The notes below the pieces were generated by a model. The model was not told the origin of the DNA. It saw only the letters and a program-made list of their open reading frames with translations, and made no database searches. A DNA stretch of 64,000 bases from Azolla caroliniana (lineage: Eukaryota > Plantae > Polypodiophyta), in assembly GCA_043228905.1 (NCBI GenBank), contig JBHGNT010000007.1, positions 5,828,001 to 5,892,000 of the forward strand. The letters are read 5' to 3'. Within the stretch, counting starts at the first letter, position 1. Each line of letters opens with the position of its first letter. Below are positions 39,512-52,799 of this stretch, piece after piece. Position numbers and translations under genes: made by a program.

Positions 39512-42500
39512 AGCTATGGCTTATGAGAGAGAGAGCTATGAGGATGGGAAGGTGAACAAACTGTCACGGATCATAAGCTCAAGAGACAAGCAAGAAGATA
39601 ACCAAATGGACAAGAAAGAAGATAGTATTAAAGGAAAGACTCCATAACTGGTGTTGTTCACCTTGAATTCCTTCAAGGTGAACTCCTCTATTTATACTAC
39701 ATGGCATGCATACTTGTTTGCACGCATGTGAATCTACAATAGAGCATGTAGGTATGCATGCATGTGCCAAGTGTAAATACTACAAGGGAGCAACTATGCA
39801 CATGATACTAGCAAAATAATAAGGATCAATTACATACATAACTATGTACTAGATATCTTGGTTAACTCATAATACTAGATTATAACTATGTCGTGTCAAG
39901 AGTTCGAATCTTGACAACCATGATCTGGGCCTTGTACCTCGGTGGATTTCCGTTGTCTCCCGGTTTCAGCTTGTACACCCACATATTCCGGAGTGCTCTC
40001 TTTCCTTTCAACAGCTCCGTCAATTCATATGTGTGGTTCTCATGTAGAGAATCTATCTCATCCTACATGGCACTTAACCACTTGCGGTTGTGGGTGTCTT
40101 TCTTTGCTTTTTCGAGGATTTCTGGCTCCTCCTCATCGGTCAACAATACGTGCTCTGCATCCGGAAATCTCTAGGGGGCTCTTCTCTCTCTGAGAGGGTA
40201 TCTTCGTCCTTGGTTTTCCGCAACCGGTTCTTCCATCTGTTCCGAATCCGAATCCATTTTGGGGTATTGTCCAGTTCCGGTTTCAGCTTACTCTTCTTCT
40301 TCTTCGGTCAGTTCGGTTCCTGCTCCGAATCTGGCTGGTTCTTCGAGTGTCATCCGGCTTCCGGCCGAATGGGTCCTCATCTCATTCAACTAATCTTTGC
40401 CGGAATTCATTATCTTTTTCTCCGACTCCCAGTCGGCAATGGTCTTATCCTCCATGAAGATAATGTCTCGACTTCGGAATACCTTCTTGTCAACCAGATC
40501 CCATGCCTGGTAATCGAACTCATCATCGTCGTATCCAAGGAATATGCATGGCCTGGACTTCGGATCCAGCTTTGCTCTCTTGTCCTTTGCAATATGCGCA
40601 TATGCGAGACACCCAAACACCATCAGATGTCGGTAAGACACGTCTTTACCGGTCCATACTCTCTGTGGTGTGTCTCCGTCCAAGGGTGCTGAGGGTGATC
40701 TGTTTATCACATACGTCTTTGTCATCAGTGCCTCAGCCCAAAACGTCTTGGGTAGCTTTGCATGTGCCAGCATGCTCCGGACTATCTTCATCACAGTCCA
40801 GTTCATCTGCTCGGCCAACCCATTTAGTTCCGGCGTCTTCGACATGGTGAATTCGGCCAGATTCCCTTCGATCGACAATACTCCTAGAATTGCCCCCGGT
40901 ACTCTCCTCCGTTATTTGCTCGAACCACTTTCAGCTTCCGGCCGGTTTCTCTTTCCACTCTCGCGTGGAGTTCCTTGAAGACAGACAACACCTAATCCTT
41001 CATCTTCAACGGTGAGACCCACAACTTCCGGGTGTGGTCATCTATGAACGTCACGAAGTATTGTGATCCAACATATGACGTCGTGTCCACTTGACACACA
41101 TCGGTATGCACCAACTCCAATGGTGCATTCCGTCTCATCGGTGGTCTTGACCGGAGGGAGGTTCGGTTTTGCTTGCCAGCCAAGCAATCAGTGCCCTTCT
41201 CAAGATGCACGTCTTTCACCTCCAGAATGAGGTTGTGTTCGGCAAGTCTTCTCGTCCCCTTCTGGCTCATATGACACAGTCTCTTATGCCACTACTCATC
41301 AGCAATGTCAGATGCTACGTTCACTTCTTCCTGGCATATCCAGGCATGCATCAAGTACAATGTGTTGATCTTCCAGGCTCAATCCACAATCAGGCTTCCT
41401 TTATTGAATTTCATGACTCTGTTCCGGATGCTACCCATGTAGCCTTCATCATCTAGCCAACCGACTGATATTAGGTTCAAACGAACCTCTAGAATGTGTC
41501 AAACATCCTTCAACAACAACTTGCACCCGGTTGATGTAGTCAACCACACATCTCCTATGCTGACAATTCGGCATGTGCCATCATTCCCCATCCGAACACA
41601 ACCGTGATCACCGGTTGTGTAGGATGAGAAGCATCTCTGGTTCGGTGTCAAATGGAACAACGCTCTAGAATCGACAACCCACGTTGTCTCGTCGATGACA
41701 AGGTTTAGCTCGCTCTCCTCAGTGATGAGCATCAGTTCCTCTTCACTTGTCGTGATCATTGACGTTCCTTTTCTCTCCGAAATCTTCTTCGGTTCCGTAC
41801 CGTCGGCTTCCCCTTTGGATTTACGGAAGTGTCGGCAATTCTTCTGGAAGTGCCCCAACTTTCCGCAATAAAAGCAAGTGGGCCTTCCCCTTGACTTCGA
41901 CCTTGCCCCCGATTTGTCCCGGTTTTGGGGACTCTTGTACCGGCCTCTTCCCCGATTATGGTCATCTTCCGTGACCAAGGCCTTCAGATCAATTCCGGAC
42001 TCCTGGTCCTTCCGGTGATCTTCTTCATCTAGCAAGCTTGATTTTACCCTTGCTAGGGACAATTGCTTTCCTTCTGGCCTGATGTTGCCCAAAGTGACAA
42101 CCAGCGTCTCCCAACTGTCCGGGAGGGAACTGAGCGGGAGCAATACAAGTACCTCATCGGCCGGAGGTACTTCAAATGAAGTTGTTTGATTTATAAGCCC
42201 CTAAAATGCGTTCATATGCTCCGCCATGCTGGATCCATCCTGGTACCAGAGTCTCACTAGCTTCCGGAATACCGAAACCCGATTCACGACATTTTTGTTC
42301 TGGAACATGATGTCGATCTTCTCCCAGAGTTCATGAGCCTTACTTTCTTCATTAAAGTTGTTATATAGGCTCATGTCGATGAAGCACCGAATGTATGTCG
42401 TTGTCTTCATGTGCATCACCTCCCATGTCGTGGCATCGATCTTGTCCGGTTTCTTGTCCCTGAACTGTACCAGTAGCCAAAGATATTTTACCACGAGCAT

Positions 42501-44671
42501 GTCCCTCATCTTCGACTTCCACTCTGGGTAGTTGGAGCCGGTGAGCTTGAACATGCCGTCGAATGATTCTTCCATTCCCTTGTAAGCTCTGATACCAGTT
42601 TGTGCGAAAATAAAGCTTGGCCACAACCAAGTCTTCAACAAGGAATAGAAGAGAACAAACTAAAACCGAGATGACACGGGATGTTTACGTGGAAAACCCT
42701 AAACGGGAAAAACCATAGGAGCCCACAAACTCCAACTATCATTATGAGAGGAGGAATACAAAGTGAGACTCAGAGGCAACGACCTCGACCTTTATGTCTT
42801 CGCCAATGGCGGTTACAAACAGAAAACTAGTTCTGTATATATATATCTTTCTCTCACTCTCTGTATACAACAATATACAACATTTAACTATAATCACCTC
42901 ACTCTTACACTATGTTATTGCCCTAAGTCATATTTATACTTATATGACTTTAGGGCTATTTACAAATATAGCCTTGATGGGCTCACCATGAAACATATTT
43001 ACACATATGTCCTTGGATCCAGTTTGCACCGGATCCATCCAGATTCACTCGATCCGATTTCTGGGTCTCATTTGGAAGCCTTCCGGATCCGGTTCCTTCA
43101 TCTGGCTCGTCTGATCCGACTCCTCCGGTTCTCATCCGAATCCCATCCGGAGTGACCAAATTCCCAACAGATTGCTTCACCAGCACCATTGGTGTAAAAC
43201 AGGGTTGCCCTTATCACCGACTCTTTTTGGGATCTACATTGATGAGATCACTTATTTTATTGCTCGTAAGGGAGCCACGGACTAAGGGATGGCTCTTCGA
43301 CTCATTAGTGACCCCTTCCCTCATGTATGCATCGGTATTATGGGCTCCGGGTCTACCATCTTTCATGTGGACGCACTTAGAGAGACCTTTGGTGACGACG
43401 TTATCACAACAACTTCGAAGCAAATCGACAGTACCACATGACATTATTAGATCAAAGTTTAGTTTGCCCACGATGCTAGTAGAAGCACTTTTCCAAGTGG
43501 TAGTTTTTATTTATAGGATACATAGCCAACCACAAGATAGGATATCCCGTCAAGCTTTTGAGGCATCCCGATCCCTATATGCATCCGGAGATACTAGCTC
43601 TTGGTATAGCACGGTAATGAGTTGGTTACTTGCAAATGGCATAGACATTAGTAACCTACCTCCCCTTAAGAACAACCATGAGACTGATCAAACTTTAATA
43701 TCTCATGAGGATTGTAATAAAGTAATACACCAAGAAATATGGCAAATCTACACCAAATATAAATGGACCACCCCATGAGAGGCACTCCCATCTAAAACAT
43801 TGTACTATAATGAACACTTCATGCACTTCTCTAAGTTGGGTTTTATTACACGACCAAAATATCTAGATACATTCTTATCAAATGCGCTAAGGGTCACCAT
43901 TGGACAACTTAGGATATCATCTCACCAACTTGAGATTGAGAATGGTCGTGCTAATAGAGTCCCTCGAGAGGAAAGGCTATGTAGGTTATATCACATAGAA
44001 ATAGAGGATGAGTATCACTTTACATGCATGTGTCCAACTTATGCCGAGATAAGGGTGAAATACCAAGACATACTAGGACCCTCTCCCACCCTCTCCAAAC
44101 TATTAGATACCCCGGATATAAAGAGACTATGTAGGTATATCTTAGACCTAAAACAACATAGGGAGAATAAACTACAAAATGTTAACCATAACCATTTTAA
44201 TATTCGCCAACATGTACACGTAACTAACGTAATTTTTCAGGAACAAGGGGAGACGATGAATGTGGACACACCTACACCACTCGGCCTCTCTCTTGATGAA
44301 GTAGAAATGCAAAGAACAACCAAACGCCCTTGGATGTCGGGCTTCAAAGCAACTCGATGTGGAGTAGAAACAATTAAGAAGATAAGGGAACGTGAGAGGC
44401 TATGGTTGGGGTACCTCTTACATTGGGACCACGGGCCACATCCACATCGAAACCCGTTTTGACCTCCTGCTTCTTTTCGAGAGACTTGGATGTAAATGAA
44501 ACTAGGCCTATATAAAGTCATTTCCTTATAGAACATGTTTTTTTTACTAGAACTCCTTAGCTTAAGCTCTATTTTATTTTTATTTATTTTTAGGTAAATG
44601 CCCCATTTTTGTTGTAAACCAATTGTCTCATGGGCCAATTTTGGTCTTAGAAGACATTAATATATCTTTCT

Positions 44672-44965
44672 TTCTCTCTCAATCCTCATTGGATGTGGCA
44701 AATGAAGATGCCACCCCCTCTCTCAACTTGTCCATATGTATGTGTGTATGCATATGTATGTATGTATGTATGTATGCATGTATGCATGTTGCGAGAAATA
44801 CCAAATAAAACTCTCTCTCTCTCTCCCTCTCTCTCTCTCAATCCTCATTGGATGTGTCCAATGAAGATGCCACCCCCTCTCTCAACTTGTCCATATGTAT
44901 GTGTGTATGCATATGTATGTATGTATGTATGTATGCATGTATGCATGTTGCTAGAAATACCAAAT

Positions 44966-45029
<64 letters not shown>

Positions 45030-45080
45030 CCTCATTGGATGTGTCGAATGAAGATGCCACCCCCTCTCTCAACTTGTCCA
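44672..45080. repeat. ~170-190 bp tandem repeat (CT)n-AATCCTCATTGGATG...(ATGT)n...GAAATACCAAATAA, with related units at 31605-31778
   Basis: AATCCTCATTGGATGTG at ~44682, 44840 and 45027. GAAATACCAAATAA occurs on both sides of the LINE. Confidence 0.85.
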
Positions 45081-45577
45081 TCGATCATTGGATTTCATTG
45101 TATCTCCTTGTTGGGACATGCTTCACATACCTCCGTGTATGAACATTTGCCATTTTGTGCGCTTATCGCCCTGTCAGAAGGCATCCCATGAGCTCAATTA
45201 CGTGCTTATATAACTAAGCATCGTTGCTTCACCCCCGCTTCCAAGCTCATACTCAACCCCCTTCATCTGTTTGATGATTTCACAAAACTCATTTATCTTG
45301 GTTGTGTCCATTTGCATCAAGCAAGAGCTTCTTAAAAATAGTGTTCTTCTTATATGTGTCACACAATCACAATGGGACATGTATACAAAACTCTATAAAT
45401 CATAATAGAGATTTGAACACATCACATCTTGAGAAAACACATCCTCAAGGTTGAGCAATCGTGATATAAGATGCAAACAAGGTAAGAAGAGTAAATGGGG
45501 AGTTGTCTAAAGCAAGGGAAGCTCCGAGCGGACGAGCGCGACCTATGGATGGAATGAGGAAGAAGCATTTAGGTTTA

Positions 45578-45860
45578 TACACACACATACACACACACAC
45601 ACACACACAATCACATGCATACATACATACATACACACTCACACACCCACATACATGCATGCATACGCGCACACACACACACACACATACACAGAGTCGC
45701 ATACATACATACACACACCCACATACATGCATGCATACGCACATACACACACACGCACACACATACATACACAAAGTCACATGCATACATACATACATAC
45801 ACACACTCACATACATGCATGCATACGTACATACACACACACACACACATACACATATGT
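45578..45860. repeat. Compound (CA)/(CATA)/(CATG) microsatellite block
   Basis: Long run of mostly alternating purine-pyrimidine sequence upstream of tubulin. Confidence 0.9.
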
Positions 45861-46016
45861 ATTTAAAAGAATTAAAAACGCTAGTTAGTCCTTATTTATT
45901 AATAATGGAAGAACCGGTTTACACACACATAAAAAAAAAAATTTACATAGATATTGTGGTCGGGTTGGTTATTAAGTTAGCATTAAGACAATTCACGTGA
46001 TGTTATGTGTGGAGAT

Positions 46017-46056
46017 GGGATGGGATGGGATGGGATGGGATGGGATGGGATGGGAT
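46017..46056 (+). repeat. (GGGAT)8 pentanucleotide repeat in the tubulin proximal promoter
   Basis: Eight GGG tracts with AT spacers. Confidence 0.9.
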
Positions 46057-46058
46057 GA

Positions 46059-48544
<2,486 letters not shown>

Positions 48545-49249
48545 TTCGCACAAAAACAAACAAACATACATTAGACTTGAATCCCTCCCTACCTTAAGTA
48601 GGGGGGATAAGGCCAATAATAAAAGGACTCCACTCTCACTCTCACTACACAAGGAATATATATGCCTCTTTTCAGGCTTCTCATAACAATAGCTCTAATC
48701 AAAATGAGTTGAGTTCTCTCCATGGTTACTGTTGACTATTAATATACTCTCTCTCTCTCTCTATCTATCTCTCTCTCTCTCTCTCCTTGAGAGAATTGCA
48801 TGCCTAAGTGACGATAACTTTTTTCTTTGTGGGAATCCTCACTTGCAATTGTAATAATAAGAGCTTGTGGCACACATATGAGTGAGAAGGATTGGATGGT
48901 TAGGAGGAAACCAAGATGTTGGACACAATATTGTTGGTGAAGACACAAAACCTAGAGGAAATCACAAGGGGGATTACAAATATATGCTTGAGGTCATAAC
49001 TAGGATACCAAGGGTTTTTTTAAAACTTTCCTCAAACTATCCATGCACACATGTTGAATTCCATATAGATTTGAGGTTGGGTTGATGGAGAGTCACTTAA
49101 CTTGCCTAGAGCACATGAGGTTGGTAAACCCAACAAAGTTATCACAATCTCTCCATAACTTCGAAGGATTTGAGAGTCATCATGGACTACCTTATCTAAG
49201 GATCTAGGTATCCATCTTAGCATTAGCGTCCAAAGCTGTTGTGAGATCC

Positions 49250-50170
49250 AAAAACATGTTTAGTATGCTCAATAATAACACCAAGGAACAAGAACCTTAA
49301 GGGAAATAAGGGACGACCTGTAAGTGCAATACGTATATTATCTCAATAGCTAGGGCTAACTCCATATTAGCAAGTAAATTTGGGACAACGATGAACTTTG
49401 GTTCGTTATAGACTCTTGACAAATCACTTGAAAGTATGATGATCCTCACACAACGATGGTTTATGAATGTTGGTGCTATGTTATCTTCACTTGCAAGATG
49501 ACTCAACGAGCTTTAAAAGAGTGAAATGTTTCCACACATTCGTAAATTCAAGAGTATCCATGAGAAAGAGACAATCTACAAAATTCATTTTCTTTGATCT
49601 AACAATGACTGAGAATATTTTGATGAGTTCATGACATTCTTTTCAAAAGTAAGAACTTTCTCCCAATTCCATTTGTTGATAAATGCTTTAGTTGAATGAA
49701 AGAACCCTCACATTATGGGACTGATCCACACCATGGTCAACAAGAACATGATGCCACACTCATATTGGGTGAAACTAGTGTATACAGTTATTTATTTGAT
49801 GAATCAATGCTTGCCTGGAGTGCATGATGTGACTTTCCAAAAGCGCTTATATGGGAGGAAGCTCAATCTATCACATGACTAAAGCTGTTCAATAACATCA
49901 CTTATGTGTATCTACGAGAAACAATATGGACAAAGCTTGATCAAATGTTCAAAAGGTGTATTTTCTTGGGTCATTTCCTTGAGTAGAAGAGACATAAGTG
50001 GGCCAACACCATGACTTGCCCTAAAATGGTTCACCGTGTCATTCATCCTTCATTATAGAATTTCCTTGCATATTGACAACATGATATTCAAAATGGTCGT
50101 GAGATTTTCAATGTTTTGAAAGCTCGTTCAAAATCCTATTTCATCGAGTCTTGCAATTGATGCAAGTATG
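49250..50170 (+). mobile_element. Decayed copia integrase remnant
   Basis: From ~49682 one frame reads NALVE*KNPHIMGLIHTMVNKNMMPHSYWVKLVYTVIYLMNQC, and later KLDQMFKRCIFLG, matching the copia IN core. Confidence 0.6.
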
Positions 50171-50399
50171 TCTCAAAAAAATGTATTGAATGAAGACAGG
50201 ATTTGGATCAAGTCTAATTGCAAACATCCCCAAATTTCATCCAATTATCCTAGCACAAGTGAACAACTAGAAAATGTATATTGCATTATATTTGTGTGCC
50301 ATACCCTTACACTACTAGTTAATGAGGTGTTAATGTCACTTAAACACTTTTGTGTCTTGCAAAACGTTGGAGAAAACATGATGTTTAGCAAAAAGTAAA

Positions 50400-50845
50400 G
50401 AAGAGAGAGAGAGAGAGAGAGAGAAGAAAGAGATATATTAACGTCTTCTAAGGCCAAAATTGGCCCATGAGACAAATGGTTTACAAAAAATGGGATATTT
50501 ACCCATTCATCGAAAGTAAAAATAAAAATAAGATAAAAATAGAGTTTAAGCTAAATAGTTCTGAGAAAATAACATGACTATTCTACATAAAAAACATGTT
50601 CTACAATGAAAATGATGTTAAACTAGGCCTAATTTCATTTCCATCCAAGTCTCTCGAAGAGAAGCGGGAGGTCAAAGGGTTGTGATGTGGATGTGGCCCG
50701 TGGTCCCAATGTAAAAGATACCCCAACCATAGCTTCTAGTCGACGTAGCTCACATTCCCTTATCTTCTTAATCTTTTCTAATCCACGTCGACTTGTTTTG
50801 AAGCCCAACATCCGAGGGCGTTTGGTTGTTCTTTGCATTTCTGCA
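50400..50845 (-). mobile_element. 5'-truncated LINE copy (~450 bp) with (CT)n tail
   Basis: Reverse complement of 44305-44680 (EMQRTTKRP.M.GFK, followed by the 3' UTR). Confidence 0.9.
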
Positions 50846-51129
50846 TGCACATATGTATGTATGTTTATATCAGTATGCCAAATTTTCTATGAGAGAACCA
50901 AAGTGAATAAAACATAAATTAAGAGTAATAGGATATATGTTGATCACAAATAGCCTATTGACCCATTTGATAGAGGACATAAAGTCACATTGGAAGTTGT
51001 GGGTGTATGGTAAGAAGACTTTGTTTAGGCTAGCATGGGATCCAACTAACTATTCATCTATATATATGTTTACCAGTAACAAATTCAAAATTTCCAATGT
51101 TTTGTGTAGTTAAGAAAACACATATTAAC

Positions 51130-51285
51130 GAGTTCATGGGACATTTCACCAATGACATTTCAATACTACAATCAGCATGGTCTTTTTCCAAAGTTTCAAT
51201 CAAACACATATAATCTAGTTCATGGGATATTTCACGAATGATATTTCAATATTAGAGTCAACATGGTCTTTCTCCAAAGTTTCTT
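51130..51285. repeat. Diverged two-copy direct repeat (~87-bp period)
   Basis: AGTTCATGGGA.ATTTCAC.AATGA.ATTTCAATA...CATGGTCTTT.TCCAAAGTTTC occurs twice. Confidence 0.75.
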
Positions 51286-51586
51286 TCCAAGTTTTGGGGA
51301 ACAATCTAGGTTAGAAAAAAATCACATCAAATACTTCATTTGTAGTGATTGCTTGTGCATCAAACCTTGCCTATTGGTTCATGGTGTATCCTCCAATTGT
51401 GGTTGGTATTATTCACAACAAGAATCATAGTTCTAAGCATTGTTTGTGGGACTACCTTGAGTCTCAATTGGTGTGGAAACATTAGCTCTAAATATTTGCA
51501 ATTTCCGTAATCAATATTCATATGGGGAATGATGGTTTGGATATCACATGGTTGCTCTATGTTCTATGTTATGTATGTGTCCCTCC

Positions 51587-52775
51587 TGACGGGAGAAGAT
51601 GACCGAATGGTCGTAAGTCAACCGAAATGAGGGTTAGATGGCGAACCAACCAAGAGACCGAAAAATAGACGTATATATATATATATATATATGATATGTT
51701 GAGTAGTGATTACTCTTAGAGAGTGTGTGAGACAGAGAGCGCGTGAGCTATAGGAAGCAACGAGAGAGCCAGACAGAGAGTGCATGAGTGAACAAAAAAG
51801 AAGTAAAGGGGCAGGCAGAAGGTAGTAGTGTTGATGACTGCTGAAACACTAATTGTGGTTTTCAGACGACGGACTAAAAGGAGTTTTGGGTGGCACCATC
51901 ATCCACACAAGTTTAGTCGTTCCATGCCTTCCTTATTGTTTTTCCTCTATAAGTTTCGCGTCCCTCAAGGTTGTGGCACCATAAGAATTCTTGGTGTTTC
52001 CCGTAGTAAGCTAGGGGAAGTTTTTGCTATCTGTTTGTACACTCTTAGATTATAGTGAAGTTTTGCCAGCCATAGGGTCCCCGTGGTTTTTTCTTGTTTT
52101 AAGGTTTCCACATAAATCTTGTGTCTCTGTTTTATCATTGTGTTTTCGGTCTTATTTTGTGTTGTGTTGGATATTAACCTTTTCAAACTGGTATTAGAGC
52201 GAGAGGTTCTAGATGGAGGGAAAAATGAGTGGTTTTTCGGGAATGATAGTCTCAGACTCCCATAAGTACTCAGATTGGAAGATCAAGATGGAGGATCTTC
52301 TGATAGTTAGGGATCTATATGAGCCGATAGACAGGAAGGAAATACCAACAGGGGTATTAGAGTCTGAGTGGAAAATCCTTAATAGGAAGGCCGCTGCAAC
52401 CATCACACAGTTTATAGATGTGAGCATCCGTCAACATGTGGCAAACGATACAAATGCCCACAACCTGTGGCATAAGTTGTTCGGCATGTATGAAAGGAAA
52501 AATACTCTCAACAAAGCTTCCCTGATGAGAAAGTTGGTGAGGCTAAAGTACACAAATGGTGATAGCATTGTGGTGCACATCAATACTTTCATGGGGATGG
52601 TAAACTAACTAGCATCATCCAAGTTCATGTTAGATGATGAGGTACATGCCCTGTTACTACTTTCTTCCCTACTAGACAATTGGGAAACCTTAGTAATGTC
52701 ACTTAGTGCCTCTTGTTAAGAAGAGAATCTGTCTTTACAAGTAGTAAAGACAAGCCTTCTAAACAAAGAGACGAG
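51587..52775 (+). mobile_element. Truncated copia: 5' LTR, PBS and partial gag
   Basis: LTR ends CA at 52185 (start uncertain). PBS TGGTATTAGAGC at 52189-52200. Gag YSDWKIKMEDLL...LLLSSLLDNWETLVMSL is related to the 32711-43169 element. Confidence 0.8.
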
Positions 52776-52799
52776 AAGCCTTCTTGTAGAATTGCCTTT

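Larger units (their letters stand above)
34623..39916 (-). mobile_element. Young Ty3/gypsy chromovirus (Tcn1/Tf1-like), full length
   Basis: 355-bp TG...CA LTRs at 39562-39916 (5') and 34623-34977 (3'), with about 4 transitions between them by eye. TSD ACCAT at 34618-34622 and 39917-39921. PPT AGGAGGGGGGATAA. Both ORFs are open. Confidence 0.98.
32711..43169 (-). mobile_element. Ty1/copia LTR retrotransposon (decayed), nested in the LINE and interrupted by a chromovirus
   Basis: LTRs 42601-43169 (5') and 32711-33250 (3'). TSD GATTG at 32706-32710 and 43170-43174. PBS TGGTATCAGAGC next to 42600. PPT AGGGGGAGCT at 33251-33260. Gag (KLTGSNY, CFYCGKLGHFQKNC), PR, IN, RT (LYVDDM) and RH fragments. 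Confidence 0.96.
31779..44680 (+). mobile_element. 5'-truncated RTE-group (RTEX-like) LINE split by a nested copia insertion
   Basis: RT motifs PIHKGGDPMDPNTYRTI, FSTIDHIFTL and FVDFCKAFD (32174-32710) resume after the copia as FTSTIGVKQGCP (43175 onward). C-terminal SHQLEIENGR..LC..EDEYHF..CPTY. 3' UTR ends in a CTTT/(CT)n tail. Confidence 0.88.

Noticed and set aside
45445-46000. His/Thr-rich and Cys/Val-rich ORFs (also at 4162-4447, 44693-45142 and 59322-59690)
   Set aside because: These are translations of stop-free microsatellites with no coding signal.
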